Shown here in pieces: positions 1-10,103 of a stretch of DNA of 64,000 nucleotides. Source of the stretch: Opitutaceae bacterium (lineage in GTDB: Bacteria > Verrucomicrobiota > Verrucomicrobiia > Opitutales > Coraliomargaritaceae); the NCBI GenBank assembly GCA_051252375.1, contig JBPOFY010000006.1, positions 64,001-128,000 of the forward strand. The letters are read 5' to 3'. Positions within the stretch are counted from its first letter, which is position 1, and each line of letters starts with the position of its first letter. The position numbers and the translations under genes were made by a program. The notes beneath the pieces were generated by a model. The model did no database searches. It saw only the letters and a program-made list of their open reading frames with translations, and was not told where the DNA came from.

Positions 1-26
1 ATGAGCATGCGCTGTATCATCCCAGA

Positions 27-1487
27 TCAAAGCAAGGGAGCGACTAGGTGCACGAAGTCCTGTGCGAACTTGGAAGGCATCAGGTCTGAATTTTCTAGAG
101 CTTCCTCGTAAGTGATGCAGTCAGCCAACAACTTATTGGACCAGCCGGTCAGCTGCCCAATGTCTTTGCTAGAATAATGGAAGAGCCCGATCTCGTAGTT
201 TACGAAAAGTGAGCGCATATCGATATTGGCAGAACCGATGAGCCCGATCTGACCATCGGCTAGAATCAATTTCGCATGAATCATGCGGGGTTTATAAAGC
301 AGAATTTCAACGCCCGCCTCATGCAGTTTATGTAGATAGGTGTAACGTGCGATATCGGCGAGTCGTTGATTTGATTTCAACGGCATGATCAACCGTATGT
401 GGCGTCCTGTATGTGCTTTCACTATCAGAGAACGAAACAGAACTTCATCGGGAATGAAGTAGGGGGTGATGATGGTAAGGCTTTGCTTGAACTCCTGGAT
501 GATACGGAGGATCTGCTCCCAGAGCGGGTCGTCCGGCATGTCGGGACCGCTGGCGATAACTTCGATGGTGCTGTCGCCAGCTTCATCAGGGCGGTAGCGA
601 AGGATCTCTTTAAACAGTGAAGGGGATTGCTTCGCGGCGAAGGCCCAGTCGGCGATGAAGGTTCGATTCAAATCCGCAACTGCCGGGCCGTGCGTGACCA
701 CACTAAAGTCGACGAAGCGATCAGCGTCTGGTTCCGCACCGATGAAGCGCAGGTCGATATTTTGCCCACCAGTGATCGCCCTGGCATTATCGAAGATCGC
801 GATCTTGCGATGGTTGCGCAGGTTTGAAGAAGTCTGTGTCTGTATCGGTAAGACGGGCATGAACATCGCCACTTCCGCTCCCGCCTGTCGCAATCGGTGG
901 CGTGAAGCGCGCGTTTGATTCCAGCTCCCCAGTGAGTCCAATAACAGGCGGACCGCGACACCTTCGCGGGCACGTTTGATCAGTAGGTCAACGATCGCTA
1001 GCCCGGTTTCGTCCTTGCTCAAAATGTAGGTGGCAATGTGGATGGTGTGCTCGGCTTGTTCGATTTCCTGACAAAGTCGCTGGAAAGCGATTTCACCGTC
1101 CGGCAGCAATTGAAAGTGATTGCCGTGCGTGACCATGCCGCGGCCCTCGCATGCCATGATGTCGTGAGCGCAGGCACTGCCCACTTCGTCGTTGATCAGC
1201 GCTTGAGCCTCGCGTGCGACTTCGAGTTTTATTCGGGTATTTTTCCGGCTTTTACGCCCACCAAACATGAAATAGAGTGGCACGCCGATGAGCGGTGAAA
1301 ACAGCACGAGTAGCAACCAAGCAAAGAAATTGCTTGGAGAGCGCTTCTCCGTAAAGGCTCGACGAATAATCAGTAGACCGAGGACAAAGCCTACGATGGC
1401 AAAGATATTGGTGAAGAAAAACGCGCCTCCCGCGAGCACCCAGGAAGCAAATGGTTCAAGCAAATGAGTCTCTAACCAATTCCACAT
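27..1487 (-). CDS. cls: cardiolipin synthase
   Basis: N-terminal TM helices and two PLD HKD motifs (NHRKIAIFD, IHAKLILAD). Confidence 0.9.
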   Translation of the reverse strand: MWNWLETHLLEPFASWVLAGGAFFFTNIFAIVGFVLGLLIIRRAFTEKRSPSNFFAWLLLVLFSPLIGVPLYFMFGGRKSRKNTRIKLEVAREAQALINDEVGSACAHDIMACEGRGMVTHGNHFQLLPDGEIAFQRLCQEIEQAEHTIHIATYILSKDETGLAIVDLLIKRAREGVAVRLLLDSLGSWNQTRASRHRLRQAGAEVAMFMPVLPIQTQTSSNLRNHRKIAIFDNARAITGGQNIDLRFIGAEPDADRFVDFSVVTHGPAVADLNRTFIADWAFAAKQSPSLFKEILRYRPDEAGDSTIEVIASGPDMPDDPLWEQILRIIQEFKQSLTIITPYFIPDEVLFRSLIVKAHTGRHIRLIMPLKSNQRLADIARYTYLHKLHEAGVEILLYKPRMIHAKLILADGQIGLIGSANIDMRSLFVNYEIGLFHYSSKDIGQLTGWSNKLLADCITYEEALENSDLMPSKFAQDFVHLVAPLL

Positions 1488-1556
1488 GTTTACAGGCTAT
1501 AGTGTATTTCCCAAGGGTTCAATCTTTCGTGCCCAACATTTCATCGCTAGCTGATT

Positions 1557-1982
1557 TGTAGCCACGGCAGTCTCCTGACCTGAGCTTGTCGAAGGTCTAC
1601 CGTGTTTCCAGTTCCTATGTTGTAGGCACGGCAGTCTCTGCCGTGTTTCCAGAGCCTACGTCTCGGATAAGCTGTGTTCGGTTCAAACGGACACGTCACA
1701 GAGTGACGTGGCTACATCAACATGGAAAACCCACAAGCGTATGGCGGACGTATGAAACACGTCCCTCCAGCCTATGTTGTAGCCACGGCAGTCTCTGCCG
1801 TGTTTCCAGAGCCTACGTCTCGGATATGCTGTGTTCGGTTCAAACGGACACGTCACAGAGTGACGTGGCTACACAATTAGTATATTTGCATGTAAGGGAT
1901 CATCGCAGTCTATGTTGTAGCCACGGCAGTCACCTGCCGTGTTTCCTTCGAGGTGTTCACGTCACAGAGTGACGTGGCTACA
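1557..1982. repeat. cluster of GTAG-type REP palindromes arranged as inverted doublets (REPIN/BIME-like)
   Basis: Repeated tgtagccacggcagtctctgccgtg ... cacgtcacagagtgacgtggctaca units; related copies near 5071, 6437 and 46156. Confidence 0.85.
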
Positions 1983-2101
1983 GCATTCGTCTAATTTATC
2001 ATCTGCAACTGATCCGTAGCTTTTTTTATCTTCGACGAATCCGTGGTTGTCCGTTTTAGGAAAATGCCTACTATAGCCCATTCACTCAATTTTTTATCTC
2101 A

Positions 2102-2869
2102 ATGACATCAGACGCACAACCGAACCCCGGACAATCACAACAAATCAATCTCCAGCAGATTGCACAGCAATTCATGGTCGGCCTCCAACGTCACTTTGAC
2201 ATGCTGGCCTTTAACTTGGCTGCACGCGAATCCGTGCGGGAGAATGATTACAATGACCGTTGCAATGCGCCGCGCATCATGCCGGCAGCACCACGCCACC
2301 AGAATTTCGAGCAAATGCAGGCTTACGCCCGCGATCTGTTGATTCGTCAGGTCATAGGCGATTGCATGAACCTAGCGGTCACCGGGATGAATAATGCCCA
2401 TTTCTTCCTCGCACTGGTCAAGGCAACGAATGCCAGCGCTGAAGTCTCTCCGGAATCGCAGAAAGCGGCACAAACCTCACAGCAATCCTTCATGCCTGCT
2501 CAGCTAGATGAGAAGTTCAATCGTCTCGAAAAGGAATACGGCATCATGTGTGAGCTGGAAGACACGATTGTTTCGCTCGGCTTCACTATGCAGGCACTCA
2601 TGCAACAAGGTGGTATCGTTAAAGCACCACAGTTGGATGATTCCGGTGAACTGGTGATCGAACTAAAGACGGTCCAGATTCTTGAGAAGAATAACGGGCA
2701 AGGCAAATCGGTTGGTAAGCTGGTTGATCATCGCAAAGTCTTTCGCGAAGGCGATGTCCTTGCTTTCAGCGACGTCGAACTTCAGTTGATTCTCGTCACC
2801 ATCGCCGCTTTTGCCGATGCACTCTTCAAGTCCGTGGCAACTTACGCCAAGTCTGTCAAAGAAGGCTAG
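2102..2869 (+). CDS. hypothetical protein
   Basis: 255-aa ORF with ordinary composition; no motif recognised. Confidence 0.8.
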   Translation: MTSDAQPNPGQSQQINLQQIAQQFMVGLQRHFDMLAFNLAARESVRENDYNDRCNAPRIMPAAPRHQNFEQMQAYARDLLIRQVIGDCMNLAVTGMNNAHFFLALVKATNASAEVSPESQKAAQTSQQSFMPAQLDEKFNRLEKEYGIMCELEDTIVSLGFTMQALMQQGGIVKAPQLDDSGELVIELKTVQILEKNNGQGKSVGKLVDHRKVFREGDVLAFSDVELQLILVTIAAFADALFKSVATYAKSVKEG

Positions 2870-2964
2870 GAACTGCTCGCTTTGCGAGCAGAGTGGGGAG
2901 TTCGAAGTCGGCAGTTAGGTGTCAGTATCCAGATCCCGTATCTCATATAACGTATCCCAATCCC

Positions 2965-3756
2965 GTGCCTCGAATAGCTGACAAACTTCGTATATTGACA
3001 CTCAATATCGCGCATGGGCGCGGGCTGTCGACGTATCAGGGGTTTCATACCGCGAAAGGGATTGAGCGTAACTTGAGTCGGATCGCGAAACTGTTGCGAC
3101 GAATCGGTCCTGATATTGTCGCGCTTCAAGAAGTCGACGAAGACTCGCATTGGAACAAGCGCATTCATCTTCTAGATTTCCTCAAAGAAGAAGCAGGTTT
3201 TGCTCACAGTCAGATGGGGATCAATACCCGCCGGGAAGGGCGCTTACCTTTGTCCTATGGCAACGGAGTGCTCTCTCAGTTCCCGATCGAGCATGCCGAC
3301 AACCAAGCCTTTGGCGAAGCCACACTAGGTGAAAAAGGCTTTCTCTATACCGAACACACATTACCCCATGGGCATCTGCCGGTGGTGAACTTACACCTTG
3401 ATTATAAATCGCGGGTGCGCCGCATCGAACAGGTTGAGCGATTGATTGCCTATCTAGACGAGCGTCACAATGAGAAGGGGATGGAGAGTTATTTCTCGCC
3501 GATTATTTGTGGCGACTTTAATAGCCGCGATCGCAAGCCGAACGATGCCGTCCGTCATCTTTTCAGCTATCTTGAAAAGCAGTGTGAATATCAATTATAC
3601 CCCATCGGAGGCCGCACCTTTCCCTCATTGTTACCCACTCATGGATTGGACTTCATCTTTGTCCCGCCTAGTTATACCGTGCGTCGCTGCAAAGTCCTCC
3701 GCGCCTATGTCAGTGATCATTGCCCGGTATTAATTGACCTAGAGATTCGGGAGTGA
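2965..3756 (+). CDS. endonuclease/exonuclease/phosphatase (EEP) family protein
   Basis: LTLNI, ALQEVD, CGDFN, DFIF and SDHCP motifs; start placed at GTG 2965. Confidence 0.9.
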   Translation: MPRIADKLRILTLNIAHGRGLSTYQGFHTAKGIERNLSRIAKLLRRIGPDIVALQEVDEDSHWNKRIHLLDFLKEEAGFAHSQMGINTRREGRLPLSYGNGVLSQFPIEHADNQAFGEATLGEKGFLYTEHTLPHGHLPVVNLHLDYKSRVRRIEQVERLIAYLDERHNEKGMESYFSPIICGDFNSRDRKPNDAVRHLFSYLEKQCEYQLYPIGGRTFPSLLPTHGLDFIFVPPSYTVRRCKVLRAYVSDHCPVLIDLEIRE

Positions 3757-3889
3757 TGAGTGATGCTGAATTCTGGATATGGGATGCCAGGCACTGAATC
3801 GTTTCTGTGATTTCAATGTTCGACGTTGGACGTTCGATCTTATTATTTCATCATCACTCATTTCCCATCACCCATTACCTATTACTACA

Positions 3890-4333
3890 ATGTTCCGCTA
3901 CACCATCATCGCCATTGGTCGGATGAAGAACCGTTCCCTCGCGGCGCTCTGCGATGATTTTTCGAAGCGTTTGAAACGCACGGGTAATTTCGAGTTGGTT
4001 GAACTTAAAGACGGCGACATCGAGAGCGAAGGGCAACGAATACTCGAAGCCTTGGATAAGCGCAAAGACTCCCGCGTCTATGCGATGGCAGAAGAAGGCA
4101 AAACCAGGACCTCTGCGAAATTAGCACAGGAACTGTTTCAGCTACAAGGTCAGCACGCGATTTTCATCATCGGTGGCGCGTATGGACTCAGTCCCGAAGT
4201 CAAAGCCCGAGCCGACGTCCTACTCGCGTTATCACCGCTCACCTTTACTCACGAAATCGCCCGTATGTTACTCTGCGAGCAATTGTATCGCGTCGTCTCG
4301 ATCAACACCGGATCAAAGTATCACCACGAGTGA
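3890..4333 (+). CDS. rlmH: 23S rRNA pseudouridine-1915 N3-methyltransferase
   Basis: SPOUT motifs FIIGGAYGL, LSPLTFTHEIARMLLCEQLYR and C-terminal KYHH. Confidence 0.92.
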   Translation: MFRYTIIAIGRMKNRSLAALCDDFSKRLKRTGNFELVELKDGDIESEGQRILEALDKRKDSRVYAMAEEGKTRTSAKLAQELFQLQGQHAIFIIGGAYGLSPEVKARADVLLALSPLTFTHEIARMLLCEQLYRVVSINTGSKYHHE

Positions 4334-4577
4334 GTCTTTGAAGAGGAGTTAGGAGCGAGGAGTTAGAAGTTAGGCAATGTTGCTGGAGGGACGCGTTTCA
4401 CGCGTCCGCTTTCTTGCCCTACACATCCCCGAAGCTGAGCTTCGAGGCTACTTCAATCTGAACTGAGCCCGCCCGTAGCCTCGTTGCTCAGCAACGGGGT
4501 AGATCGAACCAAACTGCCTCATTCAATTCGTCCCGTTTGGTCGAACCATTTAAAACCTAACTCCTAACTTCTGCCTT

Positions 4578-5039
4578 CTAACTCCTATTTATAATCGTGA
4601 GTCCTCTGAGGAAATTGCGCAGAAACTGGTCGCGACACTCCATGTAATGCCTGTGCGTAGGCGCACGGAAGAGGGCGGTTATTTCACTTTTTGAGACTAA
4701 AAAACCTGCACTTTTCATTGTCTCCACCACATCGGTATCTCTCATTTCAAAGGCGATGCGCAGTTTTCGAAGGATCATATTATTATCGATCGAAGACGTT
4801 GATATTTTTTTAGCTGGTCCATCGCTCGGTCCACGGCGTTCCAAAATCAGGCCATCTAAAAATGCGTGAATTGTTTTTACCGGGCATGCCGCGTATCCTT
4901 CATCCTCTTCATTCTTGAGGAGATCCACCACCTCGAGGACAGAAATTTCAATGCCACCTGCTTTGATCAGCTCGACGACTTCTTTGTTTTTAATTTCAAG
5001 CGTGTAGCGCACACTTTTCATTACTTCGTTGTTTGTCAT
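4578..5039 (-). CDS. DUF1456 (YehS-like) protein
   Basis: MTNNEVMKSVRY, NNMILRKLRIAF and CRDQFLRNFLRGL signatures. Confidence 0.85.
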   Translation of the reverse strand: MTNNEVMKSVRYTLEIKNKEVVELIKAGGIEISVLEVVDLLKNEEDEGYAACPVKTIHAFLDGLILERRGPSDGPAKKISTSSIDNNMILRKLRIAFEMRDTDVVETMKSAGFLVSKSEITALFRAPTHRHYMECRDQFLRNFLRGLTIINRS

Positions 5040-5063
5040 TCTGTTCTATTTGATGGGTGGTTG

Positions 5064-5147
5064 GAAAAGGTGTAGCCACGTCACTCTGTGACGTGATTCA
5101 TTTTGAGCTTTGCCGAAGGGAGCTTGGAGGCAACAAACTAAGTCAGT
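5064..5147. repeat. REP-containing direct repeat, copy 1, flanking the LamG gene
   Basis: REP followed by 28-bp gagcttggaggcaacaaactaagtcagt, identical to 6509-6536. Confidence 0.8.
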
Positions 5148-5295
5148 TACCTTGTGGCTTCGTTGCTTACCTGTCATGAGCCAGTCGACTGAGCAATGGG
5201 GTTGGTTGGTGTAGAGTCCAGCATAGCTGCAGACCGTCGATGATCTTGAGCCTGTCGAAAGGCTTATTTACACTGATGGACGCTTATTGAAGTAA

Positions 5296-6330
5296 TCATG
5301 GTCTAGACAAGCGGAAGAATGCCTTCCCATTTGTGGTTGGAATGCTGACTTTGTATTGATCATTCTCGATAGTTGGGGTGAGGCTTGTCGAATCGAACGC
5401 TTCGATGCCTAGTTCGCCTGACGCTTCGACTTTCCAATAGAGAGCGGCGCTTGGCCATGTTAAGATTAAGTTTTCGTCTGTGATGGCGGATTTTACCGTC
5501 GGGATACTCCATTTGTTGGCTAGGTAGCTTTCTACTTCTTCCCGTTCACTGTCCGACAAGACTCGGTTATAGATGATCACTTCACCCAGGTTACCTGTAT
5601 AGAACCCTCGTTCATCGTTCGTTGCAGCGTCGGCTCCGAGTCGAATGTTCAGGCTATTTGTATTACTGGTGTTACCCGCACTTTGGAAGTTGGTCGCGTT
5701 AGTCGATAAGTCGCCATTGGAGTAGAGTTTTAGTGTAGCGTTTGCGTAGTCAAATACGCCGGTCCATTGTCCATAGCTGCCGTTAGTTAGACCAAAGCCA
5801 TTGATACGCTGATACGGGTTACTATCTAAACGTCTTCCTGCTAAGCCTGCATTTCCTGTCCCGCCAATGCTACTGCCGAAGGAATCGTTGAAGTTAAAAC
5901 CGGCACGTGTTCCAGCGGCATTTGTGCCAGTGGAGACCATTATGACTCGGTGTGATTGGGAGCCCGCATTTGAGCCGCTGGCAAAAATGAAAACGGTGCA
6001 GCCGGAAACATTTCGCAACATACCAAATGCGGCTGAGTTGACATCCATATAGTCACTTCCATCGAAAGATACGGTTGTTAGACCGTTGTGTGCGAGAGGG
6101 GTGACCGAAGGGCGACGGTTCGCAGTCGTCTGTGAAGCGTCTGCATTGTTGGCGGTCGACTTATCGACCCAGACGGAGCCATTGACAAAAGAACCGCCGA
6201 TTTGGAAATCGCCATCCACATCACTCCCATCAAGCCAAAGCACATTGCCAGAAATTGTTCGTGGGTCATTAAGCGCGAACAAAATCGAAGTGCATCCGCA
6301 CATGAACAAGATAGGGGTCATCCATTTCAT
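5296..6330 (-). CDS. secreted LamG/concanavalin-A-like domain protein
   Basis: Signal peptide, LWLDGSD, GNLGEVIIYNRVLS..ERE.VESYLANKW, C-terminal FFRL tail. Confidence 0.8.
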   Translation of the reverse strand: MKWMTPILFMCGCTSILFALNDPRTISGNVLWLDGSDVDGDFQIGGSFVNGSVWVDKSTANNADASQTTANRRPSVTPLAHNGLTTVSFDGSDYMDVNSAAFGMLRNVSGCTVFIFASGSNAGSQSHRVIMVSTGTNAAGTRAGFNFNDSFGSSIGGTGNAGLAGRRLDSNPYQRINGFGLTNGSYGQWTGVFDYANATLKLYSNGDLSTNATNFQSAGNTSNTNSLNIRLGADAATNDERGFYTGNLGEVIIYNRVLSDSEREEVESYLANKWSIPTVKSAITDENLILTWPSAALYWKVEASGELGIEAFDSTSLTPTIENDQYKVSIPTTNGKAFFRLSRP

Positions 6331-6429
6331 AGTGTTGGTTTTATTGATAAGTCGGCGATGTCACGATTCAGGCATCTGGGGTGGGGTGTATTTATCTCAC
6401 AAAGGCACAGAGGCTTGGAGAGGTGGACT

Positions 6430-6536
6430 GAAAAGATGTAGCCACGTCACTCTCTCGACCTGAGCCTGTCGAAGGTGTGACGTGTTTCTTTGGGATTTTC
6501 CAGAAGCTGAGCTTGGAGGCAACAAACTAAGTCAGT
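6430..6536. repeat. REP-containing direct repeat, copy 2
   Basis: Matches 5064-5147 but has a 23-nt insert in the REP loop. Confidence 0.8.
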
Positions 6537-6586
6537 CTCTAGTCGTTTGTATCATCAAATGTTTCGCATCCTTTCCAGGAAGTTTA

Positions 6587-6694
6587 GGGAACGTCGAACG
6601 TCCAACGTTGAACGTCCAATCACGAATAACAACTGACGTAGGCGATCCGGAACATTCAATATTCGACGTTGGACGTTCGACGTTGGACGTTCCC
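6587..6694. repeat. inverted pair of heptamer (aacgtcc/aacgttg-type) tandem repeats
   Basis: 6587-6620 is an imperfect reverse complement of 6661-6694; same family near 3818, 19463 and 20173. Confidence 0.8.
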
Positions 6695-6829
6695 ACTCCC
6701 CACTGTCGGCAAAGCCGACTATGCGCTTGGCATCGCAATCTGGATCGTTCTACATGCCCGAATACTCATAAAGCCGCTCGATGGCTTCGAATACATGTGG
6801 GTTTAATTTTAAAATAGAAAAGAAGTATT

Positions 6830-7549
6830 ATGGCAGTCTGGGGAAAAATAATAGGAGGCGTTATCGGTTCGATCGGTGGGCCCATTGGTATTGGACTAGG
6901 CGCTGCGTTGGGGCATCAGTTCGATAAAGCAGCGGAGCAGGTTGGTCAAAAGCAGCAGGTTGGCGTGGCCTACATGTTTATCTTAGTGGCTTCGATGGCG
7001 AAGATGGCTAAAGCGGATGGTCGTATTTCCAAAGAAGAAATCGAGCGAATTGACCAGTTCTTCTCACAACTTGGTTTAACAGGAGACACCCTAAAGGCTG
7101 CACGAGATATCTTTCGCCAGGAGAAGGACTCGGATTCTGATATCGGAGCGTATTTTGAGCAGTTCTCTCAGATAACCAAAGCGGATTTGAATCAGGCCCA
7201 AATTCTCTACACGATCCTTCTAGAGATTGCCAAGGCGGACGGTCATCTTCACGAAGCTGAAATTCAGATTTTGCACCTTGCCGAATCAAAGCTGCGCCTT
7301 CCAGTCGGCTATACCGACAGAGAAATTGGCAGCCAGCACAGTAGCTTGAAACATGCTGCCGAAGTTCTCGGTGTTTCTGAAACTGCAACCGAGTCGGAGA
7401 TCAAGAAAGCCTTTCGAGATAAATGCAAAAAGATGCATCCGGATGTGCTGAAAAGCCAAGGCTTACCCGATGAACTCGTTCAATACGCCGGAGCGCAAAT
7501 CCAGAGCTTCACCGAAGCGAAGGATGCGATGCTGACGAAGCGCAAGTAG
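6830..7549 (+). CDS. djlA: DjlA-like co-chaperone (TerB + J domain)
   Basis: WGKIIGG N-terminus, AKADG repeats, J-domain MHPD. Confidence 0.8.
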   Translation: MAVWGKIIGGVIGSIGGPIGIGLGAALGHQFDKAAEQVGQKQQVGVAYMFILVASMAKMAKADGRISKEEIERIDQFFSQLGLTGDTLKAARDIFRQEKDSDSDIGAYFEQFSQITKADLNQAQILYTILLEIAKADGHLHEAEIQILHLAESKLRLPVGYTDREIGSQHSSLKHAAEVLGVSETATESEIKKAFRDKCKKMHPDVLKSQGLPDELVQYAGAQIQSFTEAKDAMLTKRK

Positions 7550-7884
7550 CGCGGAGATGGTGCACCGAAGGTGTGCCCGTAGGGTGACTGACAGAGTGCG
7601 ACAGCACGTAGATGGTGAAAACAGGTGGGTTTGCCCGAATGGCGAGTAAGATGGGTGCCCTCAGGGCGATCGAACGAGCAACTGGGTGCCCTTTGGGCGA
7701 GTGAAGGAGCAAAGCCCGTTAACCCGAAGTAGGCAAAATCATACAACTCGAACGTTTTTTTTTACTACAAAAGACGCGAAAAGCGCGAAAGGATGGTGAT
7801 GAATGGAGGGCTTGTATGCTCTGCTTGGATTCAGGCAAAATCATTATGGAGGGACGCGTTGCACGCGTCCGCTTTGCATTGGGC

Positions 7885-8262
7885 TCACTTCCTCTTGTAT
7901 TCGCCCTGCGGTTCCTGGACGAGCACATCGGCGGAGATGCCCAGCCCGTGGCTGAGAGCACGGATCATTGAAAGGCTGAGTCCGCGTTTACGGTTTAGCA
8001 CTTCGGAGATTTTGCTCTTACTCGGAATGTAAGCTTCCAGGTCTTTGGCGCAGAGGCCTTCTTGCTCCATCCGAAATTTGATCGCCTCAATGGGGTCGGG
8101 CGGATCGATCGGGTGGTGAGTGGCCTCATATCGCTCGATCAGCATAGACCACAACTCCAACTCATCCTCCATTGCGCTGCCTGCCTTTGCGTCCATCAAC
8201 GTTGCCACGTGCGCCAACGCAGCCTCGTAGTCGGCTTCTGATTTGATGACTTTTACTTTCAT
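7885..8262 (-). CDS. higA: HigA-family antitoxin (HTH)
   Basis: IKSEADYEAAL, PDPIEAIKFRMEQ, SEVLNRKRGLSLSMIRAL. Confidence 0.9.
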   Translation of the reverse strand: MKVKVIKSEADYEAALAHVATLMDAKAGSAMEDELELWSMLIERYEATHHPIDPPDPIEAIKFRMEQEGLCAKDLEAYIPSKSKISEVLNRKRGLSLSMIRALSHGLGISADVLVQEPQGEYKRK

Positions 8263-8264
8263 GG

Positions 8265-8558
8265 CTAAATGGTGGTGGCGTCGATCTGGTCGTAGTCGGC
8301 ATGTGTGCCGACAAAGCGGATGAAGACGATCCCGGTGTTGTAGTGGATTTTGACGATGAGGCGGTAGTGGTTTCCTTTGATGTTAAAGACGACACGATTG
8401 TCCGGCAGGATGTCCGCGGAACGGTAGTGAGCTTTGATATCCTGAGGCGCTTTCCAGTCGGCATGGAGCACTTCATGATACCAAGCTCTTAGAGCCTGCT
8501 CGGCGTCAGCATGCGTCTCCCAGAAATCTTTCAGGGTCTTTTTAGATATAATGCGCAT
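8265..8558 (-). CDS. higB: HigB-family mRNA interferase toxin
   Basis: MRIISKKTL, RVVFNIKGNHYRLIV, FVGTHADYD; lies upstream of the antitoxin. Confidence 0.92.
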   Translation of the reverse strand: MRIISKKTLKDFWETHADAEQALRAWYHEVLHADWKAPQDIKAHYRSADILPDNRVVFNIKGNHYRLIVKIHYNTGIVFIRFVGTHADYDQIDATTI

Positions 8559-8589
8559 GATGGATTAGGATAATGAGTGGGGCAAGTGC

Positions 8590-8612
8590 AAAGTTCCCGC
8601 TAGGGGAACTTT
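8590..8612. promoter_or_regulatory. putative HigA operator
   Basis: 9-bp inverted repeat aaagttccc-N5-gggaacttt upstream of higB. Confidence 0.6.
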
Positions 8613-8786
8613 GGAGGGCCTCGCAAATGTCTGAGCTAGTTTAGTATCTCATTAAAGTCACTATTCTACGTCAACTCCTTCGGCTGCTTGTAGAGAACAG
8701 GTTTACAGTCTGCGGGCTTCACCCATTCAATTGCATAATCTGGGTTAAAGCCGAAACGGTAGCTATACGTTCAAAGATATGTAGGT

Positions 8787-9659
8787 TTATAGTGCTTGGG
8801 TGTGTCGGCACTTTGGGAAATCGCTACATCCCAGAAATTTGTTTCCTGCACTGGTCCCGCGTTTTGCGATTCGTTCGACCATCTTGCCTCCACACTGTGG
8901 GCACGATTGGGCCATGTTGGGTGGCATGAATGCTTCGGGAGGTGACGGTTTATGTGTTTTAGGTTTCACCTCAACTTCCTCGCTTGAGACTGCATGAATC
9001 GGAGATGGTTTGGGCATCGGCTTTATGTTGCCGAGCATACCAGCCAGCTGATCCCCAGCGATCAATTCAATCGGTTCTCCGTTTGCGAAAGCGAGTGCTT
9101 CTTTGGTGAAATTTCCGGTGCCGATCACGATAGCTCTGGCAGCACCTGCCTTGTGCAGAACGCCGAGCGTTTCACGCACAATCTTCACTCCTATCTTCGC
9201 ATTCTTCCAGTGCTTACACTGGATTAAGATACGGCGGCCATTAGGATCAACCCCGTCGAGGTCAATGCCGCCATCAGCTCCACCTTTTGTTTCCGCGATA
9301 TCGTAGCCACGTTGGCGGTAAAACTCGCCGACTAGCATTTCAAACTCACGCCAGTGCAAAGCACGTAGATCGGAAATTGAGCGAGTGTGAGCGACTAACT
9401 CCTTCCTGGTTTTTCGCCGCATCCAACCTGAAAGTCCAGCTGCGAGACTGAGTAAATACGCGACTATGGCGGCGTAAAATGGAACTGCACTGTATGCCTC
9501 GCCAAATAGCTCTATGAACTGCGAAATGACAACAGCCACCAAGCAGTAGACCGCCACCGTGGGCACGAGCGCCACGAGAAATACAGCCCATAGCGGAAGG
9601 TGAAAACAGAGCGCTTGGATCGCATCCAGCACATCGTCGATAAGTGTTTTTTTTGCCAT
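8787..9659 (-). CDS. membrane-anchored Mrr-like restriction endonuclease with C-terminal topoisomerase-type Zn ribbon
   Basis: N-terminal TM segments; WREFE, DGGID..IQCK catalytic motif; CPQC...FLGCSDFPKC. Confidence 0.85.
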   Translation of the reverse strand: MAKKTLIDDVLDAIQALCFHLPLWAVFLVALVPTVAVYCLVAVVISQFIELFGEAYSAVPFYAAIVAYLLSLAAGLSGWMRRKTRKELVAHTRSISDLRALHWREFEMLVGEFYRQRGYDIAETKGGADGGIDLDGVDPNGRRILIQCKHWKNAKIGVKIVRETLGVLHKAGAARAIVIGTGNFTKEALAFANGEPIELIAGDQLAGMLGNIKPMPKPSPIHAVSSEEVEVKPKTHKPSPPEAFMPPNMAQSCPQCGGKMVERIAKRGTSAGNKFLGCSDFPKCRHTQAL

Positions 9660-9703
9660 GTATTTTGATCCCTATCGTTGTGTTCGCCTCCTCTCTGGTC
9701 TAG

Positions 9704-10099
9704 TTATTTCGACTGACTGCCCGGCATCTGAGACTGCAAAACATTCGTTTTGGTTTCCAGACTCTCGCCGTCGGCTGCGTCTTTGATGTTGGCTTTGGTT
9801 TGATCAATATCTCGTAGGCCGTGCTCTTTACCTGCGGCATCGATCCAGCACCAGCCTTTCAATGCCGTGTGCTTGTATTCTGTTGATTGCTTCTTAAGCC
9901 CCCACCAACTGGACGTTTCGATGGTAAAGCTTTCCTGTTTATGGTTCCACGTAAGATTCGTGTCTTCCCAATTTCGGGCTATTGTGAAGATGCCGACTAT
10001 AATTGTAATGAGGAGTGCGAGTCCAAGGCCGCCGAATAGTATCGTAAGGAAAATACCCAGTTCATCGTCTTTTGCTTTTGAAGTGCTCGTTTCTGTCAT
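9704..10099 (-). CDS. single-TM hypothetical protein
   Basis: 131-aa ORF with one hydrophobic segment, 4 bp downstream of the rhomboid gene. Confidence 0.7.
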   Translation of the reverse strand: MTETSTSKAKDDELGIFLTILFGGLGLALLITIIVGIFTIARNWEDTNLTWNHKQESFTIETSSWWGLKKQSTEYKHTALKGWCWIDAAGKEHGLRDIDQTKANIKDAADGESLETKTNVLQSQMPGSQSK

Positions 10100-10103
10100 A
10101 TCT

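Noticed and set aside
1586..1972. 128-aa ORF
   Set aside because: It is a translation of the REP repeats
1557..1982. Possible CRISPR array
   Set aside because: Units are inverted palindromic doublets with repeated rather than unique spacers, and there are no cas genes; this is a REP cluster
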